Translations under genes and position numbers: made by a program | In this document: in pieces, positions 52,595 through 64,000 of the stretch | How positions within the stretch are numbered: the stretch's first letter is position 1 | Layout: every line of letters begins with the position of its first letter | Notes under the pieces: generated by a model | Seen by the model: the letters and a program-made list of their open reading frames with translations, nothing else | What the model was told of the DNA's origin: nothing | Databases searched by the model: none | Source of the DNA: Blastocystis sp. Blastoise | Lineage: Eukaryota; Protista; Bigyra: Opalinata | Direction: 5' to 3' | DNA: 64,000 nt | Assembly: GCA_039096225.1 (NCBI GenBank) | Contig: JBBPEB010000026.1 | Location: 620,001-684,000, forward strand

Positions 52595-54007
52595 TTCGTT
52601 TACAGACTAAATCCAATTCACAAAAATAAGAATCTATAAATGGTATGATTATATATAGTATGATATATTAAATACAAATACAAATAATCGAAAATAATTC
52701 AATGTTTTTATAACAAAAATTTTAAATTATGAAAAAGTTGTCAAGAGTTATGATTTCAAATAAAGGTCTACATAAGCCTTAAATGTCAAAGAGTGTTAAA
52801 TTCCAAACATATGATTGAACTATTTCTGGAACTCTAATAAAATTGTCCAGTCATTATTCATTTTTCCTGTTTGTGTTCATGAATGGTCTCTATATTACAA
52901 TAATTGGGACACATCCCTTTATGTTTTTCTTACATTTTAACGATTTGAAAAAGTCGTTTTTGTGTGTATTTGTTTCACGGGAATCATTCAAATATCCAGT
53001 CAAATTCAGAATTTTCCTGGCTCATAAGAAAGAAATATACATTCTTTTTAAACAAGCAGGAATTTTTACTTTAAGACATCATATATCCATCAAATGTATC
53101 TAGTTCTGAATATTATATTTAGAATAAGTCTTGAGTATTCATAATCAATCGGATACATTCTTTTTATCAAAAGAACACGACATTTTTCACTCATTGTTTT
53201 GACTCAAAGGTTCTTAAATCTAGAAATTATTATGTATTTTTAGTACTTTCTTTATGTTTGTTTAGTATTGGCATGATTCTGTCAAAATCATGGTGAAATG
53301 GTACTATATTTATTGAACAAGAAATTATATCTACAAAAAAAACAACGTATTATATTATTTGATTGTAAAAAATGATTTCATCACATATTCATTGATTGAA
53401 TGTGATAGAATCCATTTTGAATTCATGTTCTATTCTTTATAACAATCTGATTGTTAATATTTTATATATTTTCTGCTTTATTACTTTGTCTATTTTATTT
53501 AAATTGTAAAAATAAAAGAAGAAAAGGAAAGGAAAACTATATTCTTTCCAAAAACAAATGAATAAGTTGATTAAAAATGTACTTATAATTGCTAACCTAT
53601 CTCACTGCATTCAGAAACAGATCAATGAAATTCAAATGTTGTTATTCTTAAAAATAAATAGAGTAATTGATTGTTTCTTAAAATGATTGTTAATTAATAC
53701 AATATAAATTATATATATATATAAAGTAGAACTCTTTCCACTTATTAAATAACCATGTACAGTCACTAATTGTTTGTGTTTTTCAACTCTGCCAATTCAC
53801 CAAATCTTCTTTAAAGAGTATCAGTTAATAGGTTTCCATCGTAATAATCAAATAAATAGATATTGAATAGTTCAGTATGATAGATTTGTTATAAAAAGTA
53901 CTGATTGAATTGTATTTCAGGAAAGAAAACAGAATCTTTTCTCGTGTTTTTCGTTCAAAAAATATTTATTCTCATTAATATCATTCATTGCTTATATACT
54001 CCTAAAT

Positions 54008-55096
54008 ATGACTACAATTCGATGTGCATCTCATGCTGGTTCATGGTACATATATGAATGAGTCTGTATTCATAGAAATTAGGTATTCGGATGACGAAAA
54101 GGTCTTGTCTTCTTCAATGGAGAGTATTAAATATATCACGAACGTTATTAAGTTACTTTAGGATGGTCTAAGGATGTAGAACAGAGTAAAGAAGACGTGA
54201 AAGGGATCATAGTTCCTCACGCTGGATACAGGTATGTGTTTTATTATCTTCCTTGAGATATATGTATTCAATTAGATTTTGTGGGGAAACCTCTGGCAAA
54301 GTATTTGGTCAAGTTCGTGGAAAATCATATAAATATATTTTTGTTTTAGGACCTCTTCACCACTTTAGAACTCAGTGTGTTTATTTATTATTCAATTTTG
54401 ACGTTTGAATATCTATTATATCTTTATTATATAGAAAATGTCTTTTATCTCAAATGAATTATTATTCAACTCCATTTGGAAACGTTCCTGTTGCTAATGA
54501 TATCAATTTATCCTTATATGAAACTGTATATCTTTATTTTTTATAGTTCATTATTATTATTTATAGGGACATTTTGACTATATTGATACGTATGAAGAAG
54601 AAAACGAACACAGGTATATATATATATATGTTTTTTATTCATTATATTTGTATATATATAATAGTTTTTTATCATATATATATATAATTTTGATATATAT
54701 ATGTATAAAATAATTTAATATATATAATATTTCTTAAATATATTTCTATAATAAAATTAAATGTTATATATATATATATAGTATTGAGATGGAGATACCA
54801 TTTATAAAATATTTTATTAAGGAAGGATATCAAATTATACCTATATATGTAGGTCAGGTCTTAGATAATTATCATTATATTTATGCACAGTATATTCAAC
54901 ATAGAATTATTTTTTTTTGTTATACACTCTATTGAATAATATATATATATAAGTATTTTACTATTTTGTATTACTTTATAGATGTTTGTCAGAGTATATG
55001 TCCAGTTCTGACGCGCTGTTCGTCATTTCATCGGATTTCACTCATTGGGGAGAAAGGTATATATGTATTATTTATACTATTATTATTATTCATATT

Positions 55097-55128
<32 letters not shown>

Positions 55129-55590
55129 TTATAGATAACAATATTATTATTATTATTATGTTTATTTCCATATATTTTCTGTATATAGATTTCGTTATAC
55201 TTATTTACCAGACACAAGTGTTCCTATATATGAAGGTATTTCCCGCGGGGATATGAAGGCTGTGAAATCCATAGAAAAACAAGATCCCCAAGTATATATA
55301 TATATATAAATATTAATATTTATCAAAAATCAGTTTAATTATATAAAAACTTTTTTCATTTAAATATATTAAATATATAATTATATATATAGTCTTTTTG
55401 GGAATATATTGAGAAAACAAAAATTACTATTTGCGGTCGACATGCAATCGATATTTATTTAACTATTCTCTCTATTCTCTCTCTTCCTTCTTCAACGAAA
55501 CTAATACATTATGCTCAAAGTAGTCAAGTTGAATCTTCTTTTGATTCTTCAGTCTCTTATTGTTCTATTATTACCAAATTAAGCACATAA
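54008..55590 (+). CDS. MEMO1: MEMO1 / AmmeMemoRadiSam protein B homolog
   Basis: Spliced motifs ASHAGSWY, IVPHAGYRFCG, LGPLHH, EHSIEME, ISSDFTHWG, TICGRHAI and DSSVSY. Confidence 0.94.
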
Positions 55591-55713
55591 TATAATAAAA
55601 CCAAATTACAATATATATAAAATTATCATTTATATATCGTTATTATCGTCTATGCTTCTCTTCTTTGTATATACTATTTTTTAAAGTTATATATATTTAT
55701 TGACATTTTAGAG

Positions 55714-55753
<40 letters not shown>

Positions 55754-55922
55754 GAATAGTGCTGTTAACTCATAGTTTAAATTATATATATATGATTATA
55801 ATAGTTTTATTCAAAAAATATTGTTAAAATATTTATTATTATAAACAAAACAAAAATATATAATATACTTTATAAACAAATATAAATAATTATATAATAA
55901 ACAATATTAAAAAATATTAATA

Positions 55923-58077
55923 TTATTTCTTGATTCCAAAGACTTCAATATCATCCACAATAAACCAGTTCTTCACATCTTTTTCATCAGTATTCGTAAA
56001 TATACTATTTTTCTTTTCTTCTTTATCCAAAGTATAACTACATATTTCTATACTGCCTCCTGTTTCTCTACTATGGAATTCATTATATATACTTAAATCA
56101 TTTCCTTCATAACCAAATTGAGGACCATTCTCAGGATTACATAAAATACTAGACCAAGAGTCCTCCGACTTTATCGGGTAGGAAGAAGGAGGGATTTTTA
56201 ACTCGTTCGATAGGGTGAAAAGGAAAGCAGAACTATCATCTTTATAACCTAAGAATAAATATTGTATATTGTATATATTATTCTTTTATAAAATAAGAAT
56301 GAATGACATAAATTAAGATTATTATACATTATATATTTAATATATTACGTAATAGAATACTCTCATATATGTAAAAAATAATATTATAAAACAAGATTCA
56401 CATAGAATTAAGAAGAAAACTATATTTGTTATCCAATAAATAAAATAAATATATATATTATGTATCACATTAAATAATAGATATTATTTAATGCGATATT
56501 ATAAAAATAATATATATTATTATTATATATATCACATAAAATAATATCTATTATTATATATATACAATAAGAAGATTCCCAACTTTGATTTGTATATCCT
56601 CCAAATATATTAATATATCCATCATGCCCTTGATGCTTTATTATACTCACTGTTTCCCCGCGGTTATCACATAATCTATGGAAATCAGAAGCAGTATATC
56701 CATCTCGACTTCCTCTATAGATATATATATAATTTTATTATTATATAAATACATAAGATAATAGTATTTAAAAACATATATAAAGATAATAGTATTTAAA
56801 AACATATATAAAGATAATATTATATAAATATATATATAAAGATAATGTTATTTAAAAACATATATAAAAATAATAGTATATAAAAACATGTATATATAAT
56901 CATTAAACATAAAAATAAAAGCATATATAATCATTAAACATAAAAATAAAAGCATATATAATCATTAAACATAAAAATAAAAGCATATATAATCATTAAA
57001 CATAAAAATAAAAGCATATATATAACATATTATATACCTATATAATAATATCCAATTTTTATCTTTATCAATCCATTGGCATAACGAACATATATCATTT
57101 GGTTTCATAATAATTGATGTATTGAATCCACAAAAATTGATAGTATTCTCCTCTTTAACAGATTCAGAAATAGTCAGTTGCTGCTGATAGTCGATGAAAA
57201 ACCGTTGAAACTCCTTATAAAGTGTTTCTTTTTGTTCTTTACTTAACTTACGAATATCGATAGATATAGATGATGATTTGATATATTCATGAATATATTG
57301 TATATATTCACAAGTATCCTCTATATAATAATGATTATTTTCTTTATTATAACAAACAATGTTTTCAAATGAATTCGATATATACTTCGATAGATTATTA
57401 TTTTCTTTTAAATAATCTAATACAACGAAATCTTCTTGTTGATTTATATATAGAATTATATTCATAGAAGACGAGTAAGGAAAATGAAGAGGCATAGAAA
57501 GATCTTTAAAAGGTTCTAAAAATGAGGGAATAGGAATTTCGAAATAATCCAGAAAATAAAACATCGATTGTCCCATAGAAGCATCACTTATAGTCGATGG
57601 GACTCGATCAGTATTTAGAAAATTGATGATATCCTCAATTCCATCAAATGAAGGAAAATCAACATAAATGATATCATCACCCATACCACCCATATCATAA
57701 TTGCAAACTTCATTTAAGGTACATCTAGGATATTTTTCTAAAAATGATCTCATTAAAGTATAGACTTCCCCATCAGTCGTTCCTATTCTAAGTGAATTAT
57801 TATTTTTATTTCTGTTCTCATAATAACCGCAAACTGGATGATATGGAACAAATTTGGGTGAAGATTCTTTTGAAGATTGATCCACAGTAGTTGAAGATTG
57901 ATCCTCAGTAGTTGAAGATTGTAAATAAGACAATTTTTGTGTTATAAATTTTGATGATACACTAATTTGTTGAACAGCATTTTGTAGATTCACAATGAGA
58001 GTATTCAAAATATTTTCTACTGTTGTCTGGAAGAAGGATATATCCTCCTGAACCTGTAGAAGACTATTTTCACACAT
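55923..58077 (-). CDS. TLDc-domain protein with N-terminal coiled-coil and BTB-like regions
   Basis: WILLYRGSRDGYTASDFHRLCDNRGETV, IFGGYTNQSW, FLFTL, GPQFG and DIEVF. Three exons. Confidence 0.88.
56897..57020. repeat. Intronic 31-bp tandem repeat x4, next to degenerate ~28-bp repeats at ~56750-56890
   Basis: Unit TAATCATTAAACATAAAAATAAAAGCATATA. Confidence 0.88.
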
Positions 58078-58646
58078 AAAAACTGTTTCTAATTGAATAA
58101 TTATATTTGTGAGAAAAAGAAAAGATTTGGAATAATTTTTATTTACAAATTTCTTTGATATTTACATTTTCTCATTTTTTTATATCATTAATCGTCAATA
58201 TTCATAAATATAATTTTTTTGTGTTCATTAGTATGTATAAATTATTTATAAACACTTTCTAAGTAAGTATCAATATGTTTTAAGTCAATCTGAAATATTC
58301 TCTCTACTATTTTTTGTAAAATGAGTTTGATTATTATTGTAGACAAATTATTTATTTTAAAACAATACTTATTATGAAATCAGAGTTACAAATGTGTCGA
58401 TCGAAAAATACAAACTTGATTGTTTTTACTTTATTTTATAATGGTCGAGATTAAGATTATGTCAAAAATAATATGTTATGCGATTTATATAATATGAGAT
58501 AGATTGATAATCTAGACAAATAAAAAACCATTGTCTCTTTTTATTTAACCAAATAAAAATATCTCAAAATAGAATAAAATGATTGAATAACAATAAAAAA
58601 ATAAAAAAGTGAATTAGAATAAAAAGAAAATGAATAATCGTGTTTA

Positions 58647-60058
58647 TTAAGATTGAGGATTGGAGTTAGCGGTTTTATTAACTTTGTTAGTTTGATTGGG
58701 ACGTCTATAATTGGAGTGATAGTTGCTTGTATGAGGAGGACGAGAGAGTGTTTGATGATCAGATTGGGATTGTTGTTCTGAAGGTTGTTGACTTCTTCTT
58801 AAAATTGAAGATGTTTTATTTGTAGAACGATTATTAATATTATTATTTCTTGTTTCATTTGATTTTGATGAATTTATATCATTAGAAACACGAGTATTTC
58901 TTGGAGAATCCCTATTTGAAAAATTTCTTGATGACGATATTTTATCGCTCCTTGTGCTTTCAGAAATAGTAGAAGAATCACGATTATTTGTACCTTTTTC
59001 TGGATTATTGAATTTCATAGGATTTTGTTTTGGTGTATTTTGATTATCTTTTCTATTATTATAATCATTTTTGTTATTATAATCATTTTTGTTATTATTA
59101 TTATTTTTGTTATTATAATCATTTTTGTTATTATTACTATTATCATTTCTATTATTATTTCTATGATCTTCTCTATTATTATCATTTCTATTACTATTTC
59201 TATCTCTATTATTATCATTTCTATAATTATTTCTATCTTTATTATCATTTCTATAATTATTTCTATCTCTATTATAATTATTTTTACGATCTTCTCTATT
59301 AATACTATTTCCATAATTATTTCTATCTCTATTATTCTCATTTCTATTCTTCTTCTTATTAGATTCTTGGTTTATAGGAGTATCTATAGGTATAGAAGGA
59401 GAAGAAGAAGGTAGAGGTGTAACTACAGGAGGGATAGTAAATGAAGGAGAATTATCTGGATTAATACCTGTTATACTAATAATTGAAGGAAAATTAGTGG
59501 ATTCTTGAATAGTAAATAAATAGATATAATTCACAAACATAGATCTTAAATTATTAATATAATCTTCACTTGGAACGTAAGCAGGATTCAAGATGTTATC
59601 AGAAAGAAGATAACGAGAAAGCGAAGAACCAGAAATGACAAAAAAGGATTCAGCCATGATTTCTTGTTTAATCTCAAAGAGTAAACAATATCCTAGATAT
59701 ATCAATATATAAAAATTCATGGAGATAAAAAAGTATAAAATGTTTTTCTATATTTACTAATATATATTTGATAAAATAATAAATAGTTTCTTAGAATGAT
59801 GAATATATAATAATAATAGATACCATTTTCATTTAATAATGAGAGATTGCATACAATTCCCTTGATTATTTGTTGAGGATGAAACTCTGTATATTTTGAT
59901 GATAAATCTGAAGATAAAGAGTTGGCAGGTATACTGTTGTTACTCTTTATATTATTATAATTATCAATTTGTGAAGAAGTTACTGACTTATTATTCCTTC
60001 TATCTTTTGAAATATGAGTATTTTTTATTTCTTGAGTAGATCTTATCGTAGACTCACG

Positions 60059-60147
<89 letters not shown>

Positions 60148-62002
60148 GATCATCATTTCTTAAGAAACTCTTATCTTTATTAACTGTGTTTTCTTTGAGT
60201 TGTTTCTCTTTATTATTCTTCATATATCTATTATTATTAATATCCTTAGATGAATTATCTTCTGTTTCTATTCTGTTTGTATTACTATTATTTACATCTT
60301 TAACAATTTTAATAGTATTAGTAGAAGCGGTATTTGATGAATCTTGAGTTTCTATAGTATTCTGTTTATTACTTAATATATTTGAAGTAGAAGAGAGACC
60401 TGTGTCAATAATACCTTGATTTAATACTTTGAAACACGAAGGACTACTATTTGAATGCACAGAAGAGGGATCTGTACTTATATCTTTAGTTTTATTGGAT
60501 ATATCATTAATGTCCGAATGATTTGTAGAAGAAACAGGAACAGAAGGAGTTGATTGGTCATTTCTCTGTCTATTAAACTTATTAAAACGACTATTCGAAT
60601 ACTTCTTCTGACTTTCTAATACTTTTTCCTAATGAATAATTAACATTATTATTAATAAATATATATATTATAAAAGTAATTATTATATAATATGGTATAA
60701 ATATAATAATAATAATAATATAATAAATATAATAATAAATATAATAATAAATATAATAATAAATATAATAATAAATATAATAATAAATATAATAATAAAT
60801 ATAATAATAATAATAATCTATATATACTTCTGTCATACTACCTCCCCATCGTTGAGATGTTGTTGAAATAGAACTGATAATAGCTTGACGTTTCTTTAAG
60901 ATTTCTTCAGGTAGTTCAACTTCTGATTTCTTCTCTTGAAGTAATTCTGTATTACTTAATTTCGTTAGTTCTAATATATCAGAACTTGGATTATTTTGAA
61001 TAGAATATTTGGTTTTCTTCTTTAAGAATTCTTCAAAGGAAATAAAAACAGGTGGTTTGTCAGAGATATCACAGGATATCTTTAAGAATGAACGCTGAAG
61101 AGATTTCATTTTCACCTCCTATATATAAACATATATTATAAAATCTTAATAAATTTTTATATGAGTGAATTTTATAATAATAATCCAAATTTATCTATTA
61201 ATATAATTATATTATATGTTTTAGATATATATTACTAACAAAAATAATAATAACTAAAATAATATTAATTAATAAATAATTAGAAAAATCAAAAAAAAAT
61301 CAAAAAAAAAAAAAATAACAATAATAAAAATAATAAAATTAAAAAAAATATATATATATATTTTTACTTCACTTGTTTTCCATGATTGAATAATTGACGA
61401 AACTGTTCCTCCTAATAATTTTGTATTTTGAGGTGTTAATAATAACTTTCCAGATATACATCTACAATTTGTAATTTCTAATTTTGTACCTGGTGGAGTA
61501 TTATAACTATTTAAAACAATGTTGTTAAATAAATAAAATAATACAGAAATATACTTTAGAAATGGAAGTTGAACATATTCAATAGCATAACATTTCAATT
61601 GACCATCTGTGAGTTTTAATTTAAACATACGTGGAAACAAATTGGACTTTGGATTAATTGATGGAGCAGTTAAGTTTGTGATAGATACAATCTATATGAA
61701 TAAAAATATTAGTCGTTATTATTACATAGAATATCAATGAAAAATAAGACATACTTGAAGAATAATCTTCTTGGAAATGAGTCCATTATAGGTTTCGATT
61801 CCTGTAGGTAAAGACTGTTCAGCAAATTGTTTTATATCGTCATCAAGAAACATTCTTATGAAGTCCTGCTTTGTTTTTGCACCTTCTTCAACATAATCAT
61901 CAAAAACTTCTTTTCTATAATTTAATAATATACGAATTCTTGTTGTGAATTATACGTTAGAAGGTATCCATCATTTCTTAATTGATCAAAAAGGCTGTCC
62001 AT
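58647..62002 (-). CDS. RMI1/TDRD3-family protein (N-terminal RMI1_N OB fold, Asn/Arg/Asp-rich low-complexity tail)
   Basis: PRMFKLKLTDGQLKCYAIEY..LNYNTPPGTKLEI..GKLLLTPQNTKLLGGTV followed by PPVFISF. Exons join in frame through GT-AG introns. Confidence 0.85.
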
Positions 62003-62665
62003 TGGAATAACCAGAGAATAAATTGAAAAATAAATTAGAATTCTTTTTCTCTTTATTCTATGTTTTTAGATATAGAATTATTGTTTTACAGCATGGATAG
62101 TATTAAGCAATATATAGAATCTTCATATGATATGTGATGCTGAGAATAATGATCATTATTTCATCATTCAACACTGCATTTGTTTTATTTGTAACTTCTG
62201 ATCAATGGGTTAATATTACAAAAACGTGCTGATTATAAAAACGTATTTTAATAACGATATTGTCTATATATTCTATAGTGTTTCTGTTTTTGTGGTTATT
62301 TCTCTATACCATGCATTATACAATATGTGGATAGATATAATAATCCATCTAGGCTCAAAATCAATTCATATTCAGACAATTAGTTGAACTTGATTGTCAA
62401 TTAATTGAGTATTTGATAATAGAAATAAGATGTTTTTATCAATAAAGTGTCTTAAGATATTCATTAATGAAAATTTTACTTTAATACTTGATTTATCCAT
62501 ACTTTAATGAGAATTCTTTTATTTAAACGGAATGAACAAAGAAATACGTATATGATGAATCATATATGATTCTATAAAAAGTCTAAATGTATAATTTTAT
62601 TCATTAGACAAAAACAAAACTCGATTTCTATTATGATTTCACCAATAATTTTTTGTGGCTATGAC

Positions 62666-63455
62666 TAGAGAATTACAAAAAACCGGATACGGTTAATTAT
62701 CTGGTTTAAACCGGATAAAAATTTTATCCGGTTTTTGTTTTTTACAGTCAAAATTTTTAACCGGTTTCAAAACCGGTTAAAATTTTTTTTTCTTTTTTGT
62801 GTATTATTGAGCATAATTTTGCTTTATTTCTGTTATTATAAATATATTTGATGCCTATATATATTATTAATAAAAATTAGCAATGATATACGTTGTATAT
62901 AATAAAGAAAATGATTCCATTCCTATTTCTTTCATGAAGAAATGTATTGAGTTATTCCTATATGCTCAAATTAATTTACTCTGCCATATTAAATTATTGT
63001 TCTGCTATAAATGTGTATTTGAATGGACTGTTTTCTTGCAAAACTTGTGAGATACTGAATATCTCAGTACGAGTGTTTTTCTATTTCAATGGTTCGTAGT
63101 ATATAATACAAGCCTCTGAATAAAAAATACAATTCAAAATTAATTATCTTGAATTATTAGTAAAATTTTTATTTAATTAGATGCTTATTCTTTATTAGTA
63201 TTCCAATTACATTTTTAAGTTTTATAATTACTTTTAATAGCATAATTCAAAACAATTTTAACCATAATTCTTTTTTTTTATAATGCATATTAGTGCATAT
63301 CTATATAGATATATGTATTATAGTGACTTTTATACATAAATCAAACAACAATAGCATGTATAATTAAGTTTATTTAAGAAAATAAAAAACCGGATAAAAA
63401 TTTTATCCGGTTTAAACCAGATAATTAACCGTATCCGGTTTTTTGTAATTCTCTA
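62666..63455. mobile_element. Non-autonomous hAT-like DNA transposon (MITE), 790 bp
   Basis: About 71-bp terminal inverted repeats starting TAGAGAATTAC with 1 mismatch. Perfect 8-bp TSD GCTATGAC at 62658-62665 and 63456-63463. Subterminal AACCGG repeats and no transposase ORF. Confidence 0.93.
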
Positions 63456-64000
63456 GCTATGACTTACTTAATTACTGATGGTTAGAAATAAATATTCTAT
63501 CGTATTCTTTAAAGAAATTCTTCATTTCTCCAATATGGGAAACCGAGAATTGGCGAATTTGCTTCCGAGTTTCTGTATCATGCTGATGAATGTAATTTAT
63601 TTCTATTATACTCTAGTAGTTGTATATGTTGATGGAACTCTTTTTGTCATATCTATATCTTTAAATAAAAGTGTGAGTCACGAAATTGCGTTCTTATTCT
63701 TGTAGATTGTAACTTATATATCAAAATAGGATATATATGAGATGTCTAACTTAAAACCAACTTAAATAACCTATTTATGAGTATTGAAGTCAATGATCAC
63801 ACTTTTTGTAACATCTATTTCGTACGTCAATTATCAAGCAAATAAGGTTTCTCTATTATATTGATGTAGTGATCATTCATTTGGTGATGAAAAGAATGTC
63901 TAAAGTTTTTCTATTAGATTTCTTCCTTTTGGTTAGATTTCGTGTATTTTGTATATGAATATATTGAATTGTATATAAGTATATCTTAAAATATTATTTT

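Noticed and set aside
52843-53103. 86-aa ORF in the divergent gap between the K+ channel and MEMO1 genes
   Set aside because: Non-ATG start and no recognisable homology.
62682-63440. Link between the MITE's CCGG repeats and the exonic CCRYGG motif
   Set aside because: The cores differ (CCGG versus CC-RY-GG), and the exonic sites have no TIR or TSD context.
63478-63705. 75-aa ORF beside the MITE as a transposase remnant
   Set aside because: It lies outside the TSD and has no hAT motifs.

Overview
Very AT-rich (about 20% GC by eye), intron-dense eukaryotic nuclear DNA using the standard genetic code. GAPDH carries the [13 protein letters not shown] insert, and the window holds putative-Ig/discoidin surface proteins and BTB-like/TLDc and LRR genes. 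Together these suggest a Blastocystis-like stramenopile (inference). I rebuilt about 17 protein genes by hand: three large Ig-like surface proteins, an M1 aminopeptidase, a Pho84-like MFS transporter, an SH3 protein, a BCL7-like protein, two LRR proteins, GAPDH, an NCL-type EF-hand cation exchanger, a 64-aa acylated microprotein, a Slo/BK-type K+ channel, MEMO1, a TLDc protein and an RMI1/TDRD3-like protein. There is also tRNA-Pro(AGG) and a 790-bp non-autonomous hAT-like element. Four signals stand out. (1) A GC-rich palindrome (CCGCGG/CCGTGG/CCACGG with AT-rich symmetric flanks) is strongly over-represented inside exons, in different reading frames, and forces rare codons. (2) There are three U12-type minor introns, two AT-AC and one AT-AA. 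(3) Many introns have (TA)n ends, and one 56-nt intron is purely G(TA)27G. (4) The hAT-like MITE is intact, with an 8-bp target-site duplication. Most short ORFs in the supplied track are microsatellite or intron artefacts. Exon boundaries and counts were made by eye.
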